NCBI RefSeq assembly: GCF_900083515.1
Contig: NZ_LT671858.1
Span: forward strand, 960,001-992,000
DNA length: 32,000 bases
Direction of reading: 5' to 3'
DNA from: Cuniculiplasma divulgatum
GTDB lineage: Archaea > Thermoplasmatota > Thermoplasmata > Thermoplasmatales > Thermoplasmataceae
The notes beneath the pieces were generated by a model, which ran no database searches, was not told the origin of the DNA, and was given only the letters and a program-made list of their open reading frames with translations. Shown here piece by piece: positions 18,307 through 26,890 of this stretch. Every line of letters starts with the position of its first letter. Within the stretch, counting starts at the first letter, position 1. Position numbers and translations under genes: made by a program.

Positions 18307-19374
18307 TTAATTTAAAACGTCCCCATACAACTTTATATAAAGTTCCATTGAATTATTAGGATTGAAAAGTTCTTTTCTAATTTGAATCTCTTTCTGAATC
18401 AATGAAACGAAATCCTTGGAACTTATTTTATTTACTATATCTATGACCTCCTCTCTGAGATTTTTTTCTTCAATTATGATTGCACAATCTCCTAAAATTT
18501 CTCTATTAATATCCAAGTTTCTGCAAATAACTGGTAAATCACTTCCCAATGCTTCAAGTAATGGCAGTCCAAGTCCTTCATTATCAGAGAGATGAACATA
18601 TGCATCGGATGCATTAAAGTATAATGGATAATCTTCATCATCTACTTTACCCATGTTTATGCAATTCACAGAGTTTATCGGGTGACCTATCTTTATCATT
18701 TTACACTTGCTTGGCAACAGGTCTGAAAAAATCTTAATTAGATCAGTTCTCTTATTCTGTCTATTATTACCGACTGATAGAAAATATAGATAATCCTCTT
18801 CTAGACCCAATTTATTTCGAGTATCTCTCTTATCTCTTTTCGTGAAATAATCATTCACTATCCAACGGTTTATCAAAATAGAATTAAGACCGGTTTTTTC
18901 TTCAATTTGCTTTTTTACTACCTGGCTCATACATATTATTCGGGTTGCCTTTTTTGATAAAATTATTGTTGACCTATATTTTCTAAATCTCTCAAATGCA
19001 TTTAGAAGATTTTTTATTGAAAGATTTGCACTTGTAAATACCTTATCATGAATAAGATCATGAATTGTTATTATTCCGGGTCTTTTTTTTAACGCAAAAA
19101 AATCAGTCCCTACATAGTGGAATAAGTAATCTTTATATCGATCATCATTGATTAATTTTTTATAATTTTTCTTTATTGTAGTTGGTCTTAGCAATAATCT
19201 GTACTCTCTACGTAAGTAGTCAATTTTCTCATATAAATTTAAGTCATCTTCAACTGCTCCAACATAAATTAACTTCAGTTCTGGTAATTTTGGTTTCAAT
19301 AATTGATATAGTTCGACTGCATATATTCCAACGCCTGTCCAGTGTGGCTGATCAACAATTATGGCAACTTTCAC
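18307..19374 (-). CDS. GT4-family (group 1) glycosyltransferase
   Basis: 355 aa with a GTG start. 'KVAIIVDQPHWTGVGIYAVEL' at the N-terminus and 'SDNEGLGLPLLEALGSDLPVICRNLDINREILGD' (E-x7-E). Confidence 0.8.
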   Translation of the reverse strand: MKVAIIVDQPHWTGVGIYAVELYQLLKPKLPELKLIYVGAVEDDLNLYEKIDYLRREYRLLLRPTTIKKNYKKLINDDRYKDYLFHYVGTDFFALKKRPGIITIHDLIHDKVFTSANLSIKNLLNAFERFRKYRSTIILSKKATRIICMSQVVKKQIEEKTGLNSILINRWIVNDYFTKRDKRDTRNKLGLEEDYLYFLSVGNNRQNKRTDLIKIFSDLLPSKCKMIKIGHPINSVNCINMGKVDDEDYPLYFNASDAYVHLSDNEGLGLPLLEALGSDLPVICRNLDINREILGDCAIIIEEKNLREEVIDIVNKISSKDFVSLIQKEIQIRKELFNPNNSMELYIKLYGDVLN

Positions 19375-19694
19375 TCTAGGAAATTTAGTTGAATAGTATA
19401 AACGTTATTAATAAGAGTATCTTATGAATAGTGGTTGTCTCTTTTTTAACCAAAGTATAGAAATATTGTGTGAGGCATTTGATTAAATAAGCGCTTTTAT
19501 TTACTATTTATCAAGACTAATACTTAACTTTCTCCAATTTATTAATTTAAATAAAACAGCCTTAACGGTTAATATGAACAAATTTTAGATATTTCATACC
19601 TCTTTTAAGTGGGCAATGACATAGAATCTATTTTCCTCTATTTCACATTTTCTGGTTGACGCAAAAGGCTGTTCTTTAGGCAATATTTTGAATT

Positions 19695-20720
19695 TTAGTA
19701 AAACATGGTTAATCTGTACTTAGACATCCGAATGGGTACCAACAAAAAAAGGGGCAAGCTTAAAATGTCCCTGTACACATAGAGATTTAGTCTTGGGTAA
19801 AACCCATTGGTCTTCATTTTTTTTGAATGTAATATATAGAATTTTAACAAGTTAGTTGTTTCCACAAAAATCTCACTTCTACTTCCTCTAATGTAGGCTC
19901 GCTTTAATTTAAGATATGAAATAAGAAGTTCTATATGATTGCCAAAAGCTATATCTCTGTTTTTCATAAATATCTGGATATTTTCGAAGGATTCTATCTC
20001 CTTATCCAATTGAGATTTCAACTTATCAAAGGATTTGTCATAAGGTTTAATTCTACTAATGTTCTGTCCGTGAATCCTATAACCAGTTAATTTGCTTTTT
20101 GTGATTGCAATTTGCATTGGTTCGAAAATATAAAACATGACTATTGCATCATCTACACCATAGGATATATTTTCCAGATATTCAGAAAGTCTGACCATGT
20201 CTTTATTCCTCAGAGAGATTCTACTGGTATTAAAAAATATATCAAACTTCCTAAATTCTTTATTAGAAAGATTACATTTTCCTATGTCTAAAATATTTAA
20301 TTCGTTATCCTTTTGATTTTCTACAATCTGTTTATCAGCGATTTCACAACCTGATTGGTCTATCTTAAAATAACCATTTATCAAAAGGCTAATCTCCTGA
20401 TTGTTTTCGAAAATTTTAGAAATTGCTTTAAATTTGTCTTTATTAAATATATCATCATCATCTAAAATACATATAACATCATTACAGCAGCTCTTAATGC
20501 CCTTAGAAACGGAAATACCATAGGATGGTGAATCACAGAATATAGTTTTAACATTATATTTATTTAATTCTTTGTCTATATATTCATCTAGGAAAGCTTT
20601 CACTACTACGATCTCTACGTTCTCCTGACGATAATCTTGATTTATAATAGATTTTACGGCTTCCAAAATATATTCTTTCCTTTTATAGCAAACTATAAGC
20701 GCTGAAAAAGTTGTAACCAT
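19695..20720 (-). CDS. GT2-family (GT-A fold) glycosyltransferase
   Basis: 'FSALIVCYKRKEYILEAVKSIINQDY...VEIVVV' and the 'ICILDDDDIF' DxD motif. Confidence 0.85.
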   Translation of the reverse strand: MVTTFSALIVCYKRKEYILEAVKSIINQDYRQENVEIVVVKAFLDEYIDKELNKYNVKTIFCDSPSYGISVSKGIKSCCNDVICILDDDDIFNKDKFKAISKIFENNQEISLLINGYFKIDQSGCEIADKQIVENQKDNELNILDIGKCNLSNKEFRKFDIFFNTSRISLRNKDMVRLSEYLENISYGVDDAIVMFYIFEPMQIAITKSKLTGYRIHGQNISRIKPYDKSFDKLKSQLDKEIESFENIQIFMKNRDIAFGNHIELLISYLKLKRAYIRGSRSEIFVETTNLLKFYILHSKKMKTNGFYPRLNLYVYRDILSLPLFLLVPIRMSKYRLTMFY

Positions 20721-21217
20721 GAACCGTAAATAAATGACAACAAGTAATATAAACTCTATTGGAGCATATTAAAAATTCACATATTTTTAACATGATAAAT
20801 GTAATTAAACTGTCGGATCTCATTGTCCTATAAACTTCAGATAGATATTTTTATAATTCCTTCTGTTGAAGTTTAGTTTTTTCAACCCATAAGATTTGTA
20901 AGAGAACTTGTAGCTAAGAAATCAAACCCAGTATGGCTTGATTATAAAAAATTCCTGATGATTAATAACAAATAGAAAAGTATTAAATTTAAGCTTCTCT
21001 CAGTCATATCCAATGAGTCTATCTATTCAGTTTAAACCGATAGAACAAATAGAACTGATTAACTAGATAAAATCTAGATCTTAACTATATCTTATCACTG
21101 TTAATGTTTCTAATTAATCCTTTAAGATTTTTAAGGGTTCCACTATGGAGATTTGTTAGTTTTGGAGGAGACGACCTTGTATTGAATTGGATCTTTCAAA
21201 TTTCCAAATTTATTTTT

Positions 21218-21247
21218 ATTACTGAATCAAAAATAATATTCAGTAAT
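21218..21247. repeat. Perfect 10-bp inverted repeat ATTACTGAAT-N10-ATTCAGTAAT
   Basis: Read directly from the sequence, inside the 836-bp non-coding spacer 20721-21556. Confidence 0.6.
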
Positions 21248-21556
21248 ATTTCTTTCCTTTACTATTACAAGTGCAAAAAGGTATATAATATTATAACAGA
21301 TGAATAACAAACGTTATAAAAACAGCAACTAAGAGTTAGAGAGAAAGGTAATTTTATAATATATAAATTCTCATAATTAAGATCCTAGTAGCCTATCAGA
21401 ATAATCTTTATTATGAAGTTATAGACCTAAGCTTGTCTCATAGGAATCATTTTAACATAAAATAAAAATATCTAATATGATTCCAATTGAAAAATTATTA
21501 ATCCGAACATACATATAGAAAAGGGTGTCAGACAAAAGTAATATCCCAGAAGCAAC

Positions 21557-22693
21557 ATGAGGAGCAGAAGAATGAAGGAAAAAAAATTTCTATTTATATT
21601 CCATAAGCCCTTGGATCAGGTAGATGGACAGACACGGTATATTAAAGAATTAATTGATGTAATATCATCAACCTATACGATTACTATACCTTCAGAACTA
21701 TTCTATTCGAACTCAAAATGGAAAAATAGAAACTGGATTCTTAGAACCACACTGATCAATTTATATTTAATTAAATGGATATTTGTGAATCGAAGAAGTT
21801 TAACGACGAAATTCGATTGCTGTATTGTAGAGGACAGATATACGCTTTTGCCTGCTTTTCTGATTATACTCTTAAGCAAGGTGAAGTTAATTTCACGTCT
21901 TTCAGATTGGGGTAAGAGATATGTTGATTCGCTAGGTCTCAAGGGTACCATTCCAAAATATTTAGTAAATGTACTTGATCATATCTATGCAGGATTTGTA
22001 TTACGATATTCTTTTGCAGTAATTGTTCCTTCAGATTATACATATAAACTAGTTAGAGAAAAGTTCAGTGGTATAATTCTTAACTTTCCTTTTCCTTACA
22101 CACCAAACATTTTAAAAGAGACCGATAAATCAAATAAGACAGAAATTAATGACCATGAACACGATATTTATTGCGTTTTAGTGGCCAATTTTAACTATCG
22201 TCCAAACGAAGACTCGGCTTACTTTATTGTAAAGGAGCTTGCCCAAAAAATAAAAAAGAGAGATGGAAGAATTAAATTTCTTCTAGTAGGTATGGGTAGT
22301 AAAGAAAAATTCTCAGAATTCGATTGCGAAAATGTTCTTGCCATAGGAGTTCAAGATAATTTGGATGAATTTTATAAACAGTGCCACATAGGCATTAACC
22401 CATCCCAAACAGTTGGAGGTACAAGTATTAAAAATATAGAATATTTAACCAATGGATTGCTGGTTGTATCTACGGAGGAAGCTGCAGCTGGAGTTATTAA
22501 AAGTTCCCACTTGTTCATAGAAAAGAGAGAAGGATTTTTAGAACTTATCTTAGATCTTGCCAATAAGATTAGAAGTGGAAAAAAGATCACAGATGAAAAA
22601 GAAACTGAAAGAATTAAAAAATACTATTCAAAAAAAGAAATTAAAAAAAATACTCTTGCAATCTTAGATGAGATATCCAAAAAAACTCAATAG
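21557..22693 (+). CDS. Probable GT-B fold (group-1-like) glycosyltransferase
   Basis: 378 aa. The C-terminal 'GINPSQTVGGTSIKNIEYLTNGLLVVSTEEAAAGV' resembles the G.s.K..EylaaG.PVVst motif of GT1/GT4-like enzymes. The N-terminal half is divergent. Confidence 0.55.
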   Translation: MRSRRMKEKKFLFIFHKPLDQVDGQTRYIKELIDVISSTYTITIPSELFYSNSKWKNRNWILRTTLINLYLIKWIFVNRRSLTTKFDCCIVEDRYTLLPAFLIILLSKVKLISRLSDWGKRYVDSLGLKGTIPKYLVNVLDHIYAGFVLRYSFAVIVPSDYTYKLVREKFSGIILNFPFPYTPNILKETDKSNKTEINDHEHDIYCVLVANFNYRPNEDSAYFIVKELAQKIKKRDGRIKFLLVGMGSKEKFSEFDCENVLAIGVQDNLDEFYKQCHIGINPSQTVGGTSIKNIEYLTNGLLVVSTEEAAAGVIKSSHLFIEKREGFLELILDLANKIRSGKKITDEKETERIKKYYSKKEIKKNTLAILDEISKKTQ

Positions 22694-22936
22694 AAATTAG
22701 TTACCTTAAGTTGTATCTCTAACATAAAAGTTCACAATTGTTCAATAAAGGCAATTGGAGACAACTAAGCAATCAACTTGATTAGAAATATGGTGATATA
22801 ATTCCTTAGATAATGCTACATTATAAATATGAACCTATTAAAAACAGAACCATAAGAAAAAGAATTCAGTTTGATAAAGCTGATATAATTTTTAACAACC
22901 TTCCTAAGTAACTTATGGGAAAGTTAATTTTTCAGA

Positions 22937-23534
22937 CTAAGAATACATTACACTTTTAAACAACTCCATATAATAACTTGCACACTGCCTCGAATCTTTA
23001 AAGGTTGTTTGAACATCCTGTGTTGAACCCATCAGGGTCTTCATAAAGGTATCCCCAAAAGTATCATTGTTTTTTAAAGGTTTCAAGAGAAGTATATTCC
23101 TACGGGTCACTGCACTCCGTGCCACCATGTTGTTCGACCGTCTTGCAATCCAGGCAGCGAATTTTTTTCTGTGCCATTTCATAAATTATGGGTTGCTCTA
23201 TAAATGTAGGCATAATATCCAGTAGCTTTATTGCATATTCATTCTTTTTAGGAATTTTAGGAACTCCCAATTCAGGGTTATTAAAATATGTGAAATTATA
23301 CTTCCTATGTTTTTTGATTTCATAACCTACTCCAGAGACAACCTTCAAGTAAGGAAAATACCCCCTTTCTTTAATTGATTTAAAAGCTCCACCAACTGCT
23401 GAAGACAATTTTTCTGGAGGAAATGAATTGTAAATCTGTTTATGCTTTTGAGCAATGATATTAAGAAATTCAATAAACGTGTCCTTCCCATAAAAAATAT
23501 AGGACAGTTCCATATAGTCAGATCTATTTTTCAT
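22937..23534 (-). pseudogene. Hypothetical gene split by a frameshift in the region of an A7 run
   Basis: ORFs 23100-23534 and 22937-23182 overlap in different frames. The overlap contains the homopolymer T7 on the + strand at 23162-23168 (A7 in the gene sense). Both parts look like coding sequence. No family recognised. Confidence 0.4.
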
Positions 23535-23596
23535 CAGAAGGCGATTTCCTGGATAATCCTCACCGGAACTGTTAAGCAGTATTATTCGGTAATTGG

Positions 23597-23740
23597 TTAA
23601 TACCAGCGACTGAGAGACTCAGTTCCACCTGATTGATACCCTGATGATGTTTCATCTTGTTCATTTGAATAGGAAACAGTAGTTATTCTTTTAAATTCAG
23701 CCTGTTGCATTATCTTTTCATTTTCAAATAGATAAACCAT
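23597..23740 (-). CDS. Possible small ORF (47 aa)
   Basis: ATG at 23740, with a TATA-like 'AAAAATATATTA' 24-35 nt upstream. Translation is MVYLFENEKIMQQAEFKRITTVSYSNEQDETSSGYQSGGTESLSRWY. It is below the ORF-track length cutoff and has no known family. Confidence 0.2.
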   Translation of the reverse strand: MVYLFENEKIMQQAEFKRITTVSYSNEQDETSSGYQSGGTESLSRWY

Positions 23741-23963
23741 AAATTATAATTTGTATGCGTTAATATATTTTTTGTTTCCTAAAAGAAATATCTTCCAATT
23801 AATCAAATAAATAATCAATCGATTCTGGATATCTGATAGAATTTGTAATGATAAATTATGTTTATGAATAAGATGCACTTTCCGGCATAAAAAAATCTTA
23901 TATACTAAAACCTTCGAATAGAAATTCCCAATTATGTTTAAAATATTGGGTGATTGAAAAAAC

Positions 23964-25112
23964 TTATTTCAGCGCAGCTCCTTCTGCCAGTGATTTCAGC
24001 TTATGAAGAGCAATATTCTTCGGCACACCATCCATACCGGAAAATGTCTCAAAACCGCAGTCTGTTCCACCTAGAACATGCTCCTCACCAATATCATCAA
24101 TATCCGATACATTGTGCAGCTTCTGGCTCACCGCCTCCGGTGTCTCAACAAATGGCGATTTTACATCTATTACACCAACGGCAAACTTGATGTTTTTCGG
24201 CCAGACGTATTCCTTCACATGCTTCCTTATGATCAACGGGTCGCCGGCATGCCTTGCATTTGCCATCTCTCCCACAATGGTACCAGCCTTAAGTTTCAGT
24301 AATTCTGGAAGAACCTTAGAATAATCAGGATCTGTTAGATGGGATGCAGAATAGTTTCCATAGCAGTAGTGAACTCTTATTCTTTCTGAAGGCAATCCCT
24401 TAATGGCATCATTGATAGCCTGCACATGCTTTGCAAGCACATCAAAGAATTTCTCCGTCCAGTCAACACCCAGGCTTTTTGCCATGGCGAGATCCGGTGC
24501 ATCTATCTGCAAATCCACACCATCCACTGAAAGTATGGATCTGTATTCCTTTGCAAGCTCCCTTGAAAGATCAAATAAATAATCCTCATGATCGTGATAT
24601 GCCTTTCCAGGTGGATAGAATACCGTTATAACACCAGGAGAAGGCGTAGGTATGAAGATCCTCTTTGCACCAAGTTCCTTTGCAAGCTTCCTTGCATCCT
24701 CTGCCTCCTTTCTGGACTGCTTTTCTCCTGTATAAACCAGCTTATCTTCAATGGCAGGCAGTTCAAAAACTTTGGAATCCTGTATGACTTTCTCCAAATA
24801 TGGATTTGCCTCCATAAGCTCATTATAAAATGCCTCTGAAAATTTCTGTGATACCCTGTTCTTTGTGGAAAAACCATGGAACCTGTTTGGTATGTATGTT
24901 GTATAACCTGATTTCCTCTGCTCGCCGTTGCTCACCCATGTCAGTCCAGACTTTGAACCAAGTGGATGGAGCTGGTCAGATATGGCAAGTGATTCAGCAG
25001 ATCTGATAACATGATCATGCGTATTATCTATTTCACCTGTGCTTGATTTTCTCAGCAGTTCCTCGATCTCCTTTGTCCTGAAGAAACTCCCCGTCATTGT
25101 TGTTTCATACAT
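23964..25112 (-). CDS. metE: Cobalamin-independent methionine synthase family protein (MetE catalytic-domain type)
   Basis: 'TTMTGSFFRTKE', 'IRVHYCYGNY' (His-x-Cys Zn ligands) and 'LGGTDCGFETF' (Cys ligand). The track start at 25178 is a TTG. The ATG at 25112 (MYETTMTG) is preferred because a TATA-like box sits about 28 nt upstream of it. Confidence 0.8.
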   Translation of the reverse strand: MYETTMTGSFFRTKEIEELLRKSSTGEIDNTHDHVIRSAESLAISDQLHPLGSKSGLTWVSNGEQRKSGYTTYIPNRFHGFSTKNRVSQKFSEAFYNELMEANPYLEKVIQDSKVFELPAIEDKLVYTGEKQSRKEAEDARKLAKELGAKRIFIPTPSPGVITVFYPPGKAYHDHEDYLFDLSRELAKEYRSILSVDGVDLQIDAPDLAMAKSLGVDWTEKFFDVLAKHVQAINDAIKGLPSERIRVHYCYGNYSASHLTDPDYSKVLPELLKLKAGTIVGEMANARHAGDPLIIRKHVKEYVWPKNIKFAVGVIDVKSPFVETPEAVSQKLHNVSDIDDIGEEHVLGGTDCGFETFSGMDGVPKNIALHKLKSLAEGAALK

Positions 25113-25133
25113 AAACTCGCACCCTTTGATGAA

Positions 25134-25146
25134 TGATAAATATTTG
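25134..25146 (-). promoter_or_regulatory. TATA-like box for metE
   Basis: The minus-strand sequence 'CAAATATTTATCA' is centred about 28 nt upstream of the ATG at 25112. This fits an archaeal promoter driving a leaderless or short-leader mRNA. Confidence 0.35.
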
Positions 25147-25474
25147 GGGAAGAAATATGTGCTGGGGTAATACAACAAATAGGCGAATTAATTAGAGTTT
25201 TGAGGATTAAGAATCAACAATGGATGGAATTATAAGTTTCCTTATGAATGAGAAAGATTGCATGCAAAAATAGGATGCATTATATCATTAAGCTGAACAC
25301 TCACTAAAAACAGAAATAGTAGATTACACAGTGTTAGTATATTTATTTAAGCGATCAGCTATAATTGATCCTGAGTATAACTAGCCCTCATAACAAAATA
25401 ATGTAATTTTTATTATAAGCAAGAAAAAATTAAAGAACAAAGCTGTATTTCGATTTAAAAGTCAATGGTGAAAA

Positions 25475-26398
25475 TTGGTGAATAAAAGGATGAGCCTTAT
25501 TTTTAATTATTTAAGTTTTAAAGATTCAACTTTAGGAGGTGGTGTTTATACCATAGAAAATCCGCTATTAGTTTTTTTCCGCAAGAAGGGTCTCGTGAAA
25601 CTTAGTGATGGATATTCCATTCCTTTTGATAAACAGTCCAAAAAAATAATCATGAGTGTAGTTGACCTCGCTCTGACAAATGGATTCAGGTTTGGCGAAC
25701 AGGAATATCAATGGAAACTAGATATTAAAAAAGGGATAATTGAAACGCCTCAAGGTATAAAATTTAGCATAAAACAGGTCAGAATCTTGGATGAAATATT
25801 TCTTTATCAAGTTCATTTCTCTGGAATGGATTTAAAAGACAAGGTTGTTGTAACGGCTGGAGCGTATATTGGTGATACTCCACTGTTCTATTCCTATTAT
25901 GGAGCTAAGGTTTATGGCTTTGAGCCTGATCCTAATTCCTATAGCCAGGCTTTAGAAAACATAGAATTAAATCCTGAATTATCTAAAAATATTGTAATGA
26001 GAAATTATGCAATAGGAAAGGATGAGGAATTGAATTTTCCCATTAATCCCAATGGAAGCGGTAGTTCATCAGTATTTAACCTGAAGAACAGAAAGACAGT
26101 GAATATTACTTCAAAGAGTATTTCAACGATATTGCAGGAATATGACATAACCGATCCATATCTTCTAGACCTTGATATTAAAGGCTCAGAATTTACAGTT
26201 ATATAAGATTCCTCAATTGGAAAATTTCAGAAAATTAGAATGGAATATTCTCCCTATATACTTCACTCTGAAAATAAAACCCTTGGCTATTTAATAGGTA
26301 AATTAAAGAGTTATGGCTTCTGTAAAATTAGGATTTACAAGCATAATAATATGCGCTTTGACCTACTTAACCATGGTACCATAGAAGGTGAGAAATAG
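25475..26398 (+). pseudogene. FkbM-family methyltransferase interrupted by a single in-frame TAA (26204-26206)
   Basis: 'VVVTAGAYIGDTPLFYSYYGAKVYGFEPDPNSYSQALENIELN' and 'LDLDIKGSEFTVI' are followed by TAA. The same frame then stays open for 63 more codons ('DSSIGKFQKIRMEYSPYILHSENKTLGYLIGKLKSYGFCKIRIY...') to TAG at 26396-26398. That supplies the expected C-terminal part of the domain. The likely true start is the ATG at 25490. Confidence 0.7.
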
Positions 26399-26499
26399 CT
26401 TTTAACCTTTATAATTTTAATTTTGTGAGATTTTGATCTATTTTGATCCAGTAACAAAGGCTGTTTAGGGGTTTTGAATGTAAGTGTTTGTCTATTCAT

Positions 26500-26850
26500 A
26501 TTCTCTAAAGAGCAATCGATATAATTTACAAAATAAAGATGCTGTGGAGACAGAAAAGATGAATACCTCTATATCCAAAACACTTCTACTAGGGATCATG
26601 AATGAAACCCATATCATTTCTGATGGTAACTCATTTATTGTGCCATTAATGGCCTGAACATGTCTTGACTTCACACTAAAAAATCCATGTCAAGACGGAA
26701 AAAATGATTTCTGCTATTCCAAGATCTATAGAGCCTCTCTGCAGATACACACCGTCAGCTGGCAGTATAGATCTGTAATCCTTTGCACATTCCTTTGACA
26801 GATCAAAAATCTTTAAATTTGCTATGATGAAGTATTTATGCTTCACGACT
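26500..26850 (-). pseudogene. Decayed internal fragment of a metE paralog
   Basis: Minus-strand frames read 'IFDLSKECAKDYRSILPADGVYLQRGSIDLGIAE...' and 'KSRHVQAINGTINELPSEMIWVSF'. The intact gene has 'LFDLSRELAKEYRSILSVDGVDLQIDAPDLAMAK...AKHVQAINDAIKGLPSERIRVHY'. Nucleotide blocks 26750-26820 and 24520-24590 are visibly alignable. The frames are broken and the His-x-Cys motif is lost. Confidence 0.65.
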
Positions 26851-26859
26851 TAAGAAATG

Positions 26860-26867
26860 TTTATAAG
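26860..26867 (+). promoter_or_regulatory. TATA box (TTTATAAG) for the large surface-protein gene
   Basis: Centred about 27 nt upstream of the ATG at 26891, which is the archaeal TATA-to-start spacing for a leaderless transcript. Confidence 0.4.
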
Positions 26868-26890
26868 TTAAATGTCTTACTTTTATTCAT

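Noticed and set aside
21104-21307. 67-aa ORF inside the 836-bp spacer
   Set aside because: It has no family resemblance, spans the 10-bp inverted repeat, and its composition is typical of AT-rich non-coding DNA.
24078-24877. Several 66-83-aa ORFs on both strands inside the metE region (24078-24302, 24112-24324, 24431-24631, 24588-24839, 24626-24877, and also 23954-24190)
   Set aside because: They overlap a confidently identified MetE-family gene in alternative or antisense frames. They have low-complexity or odd composition, and they are explained by the locally higher GC content, which lowers stop-codon frequency.
3656-26398. Genetic-code reassignment (TAA/TAG/TGA read as sense, or TAG as pyrrolysine) as the explanation for the in-frame stops
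   Set aside because: All three stop codons are involved. The same codons terminate well-conserved genes at the expected protein ends (TAA for GT4, gmhA and gmhB; TGA for hddA). No Pyl or Sec machinery or SECIS-like context is visible. Pseudogenisation or local readthrough is more parsimonious.
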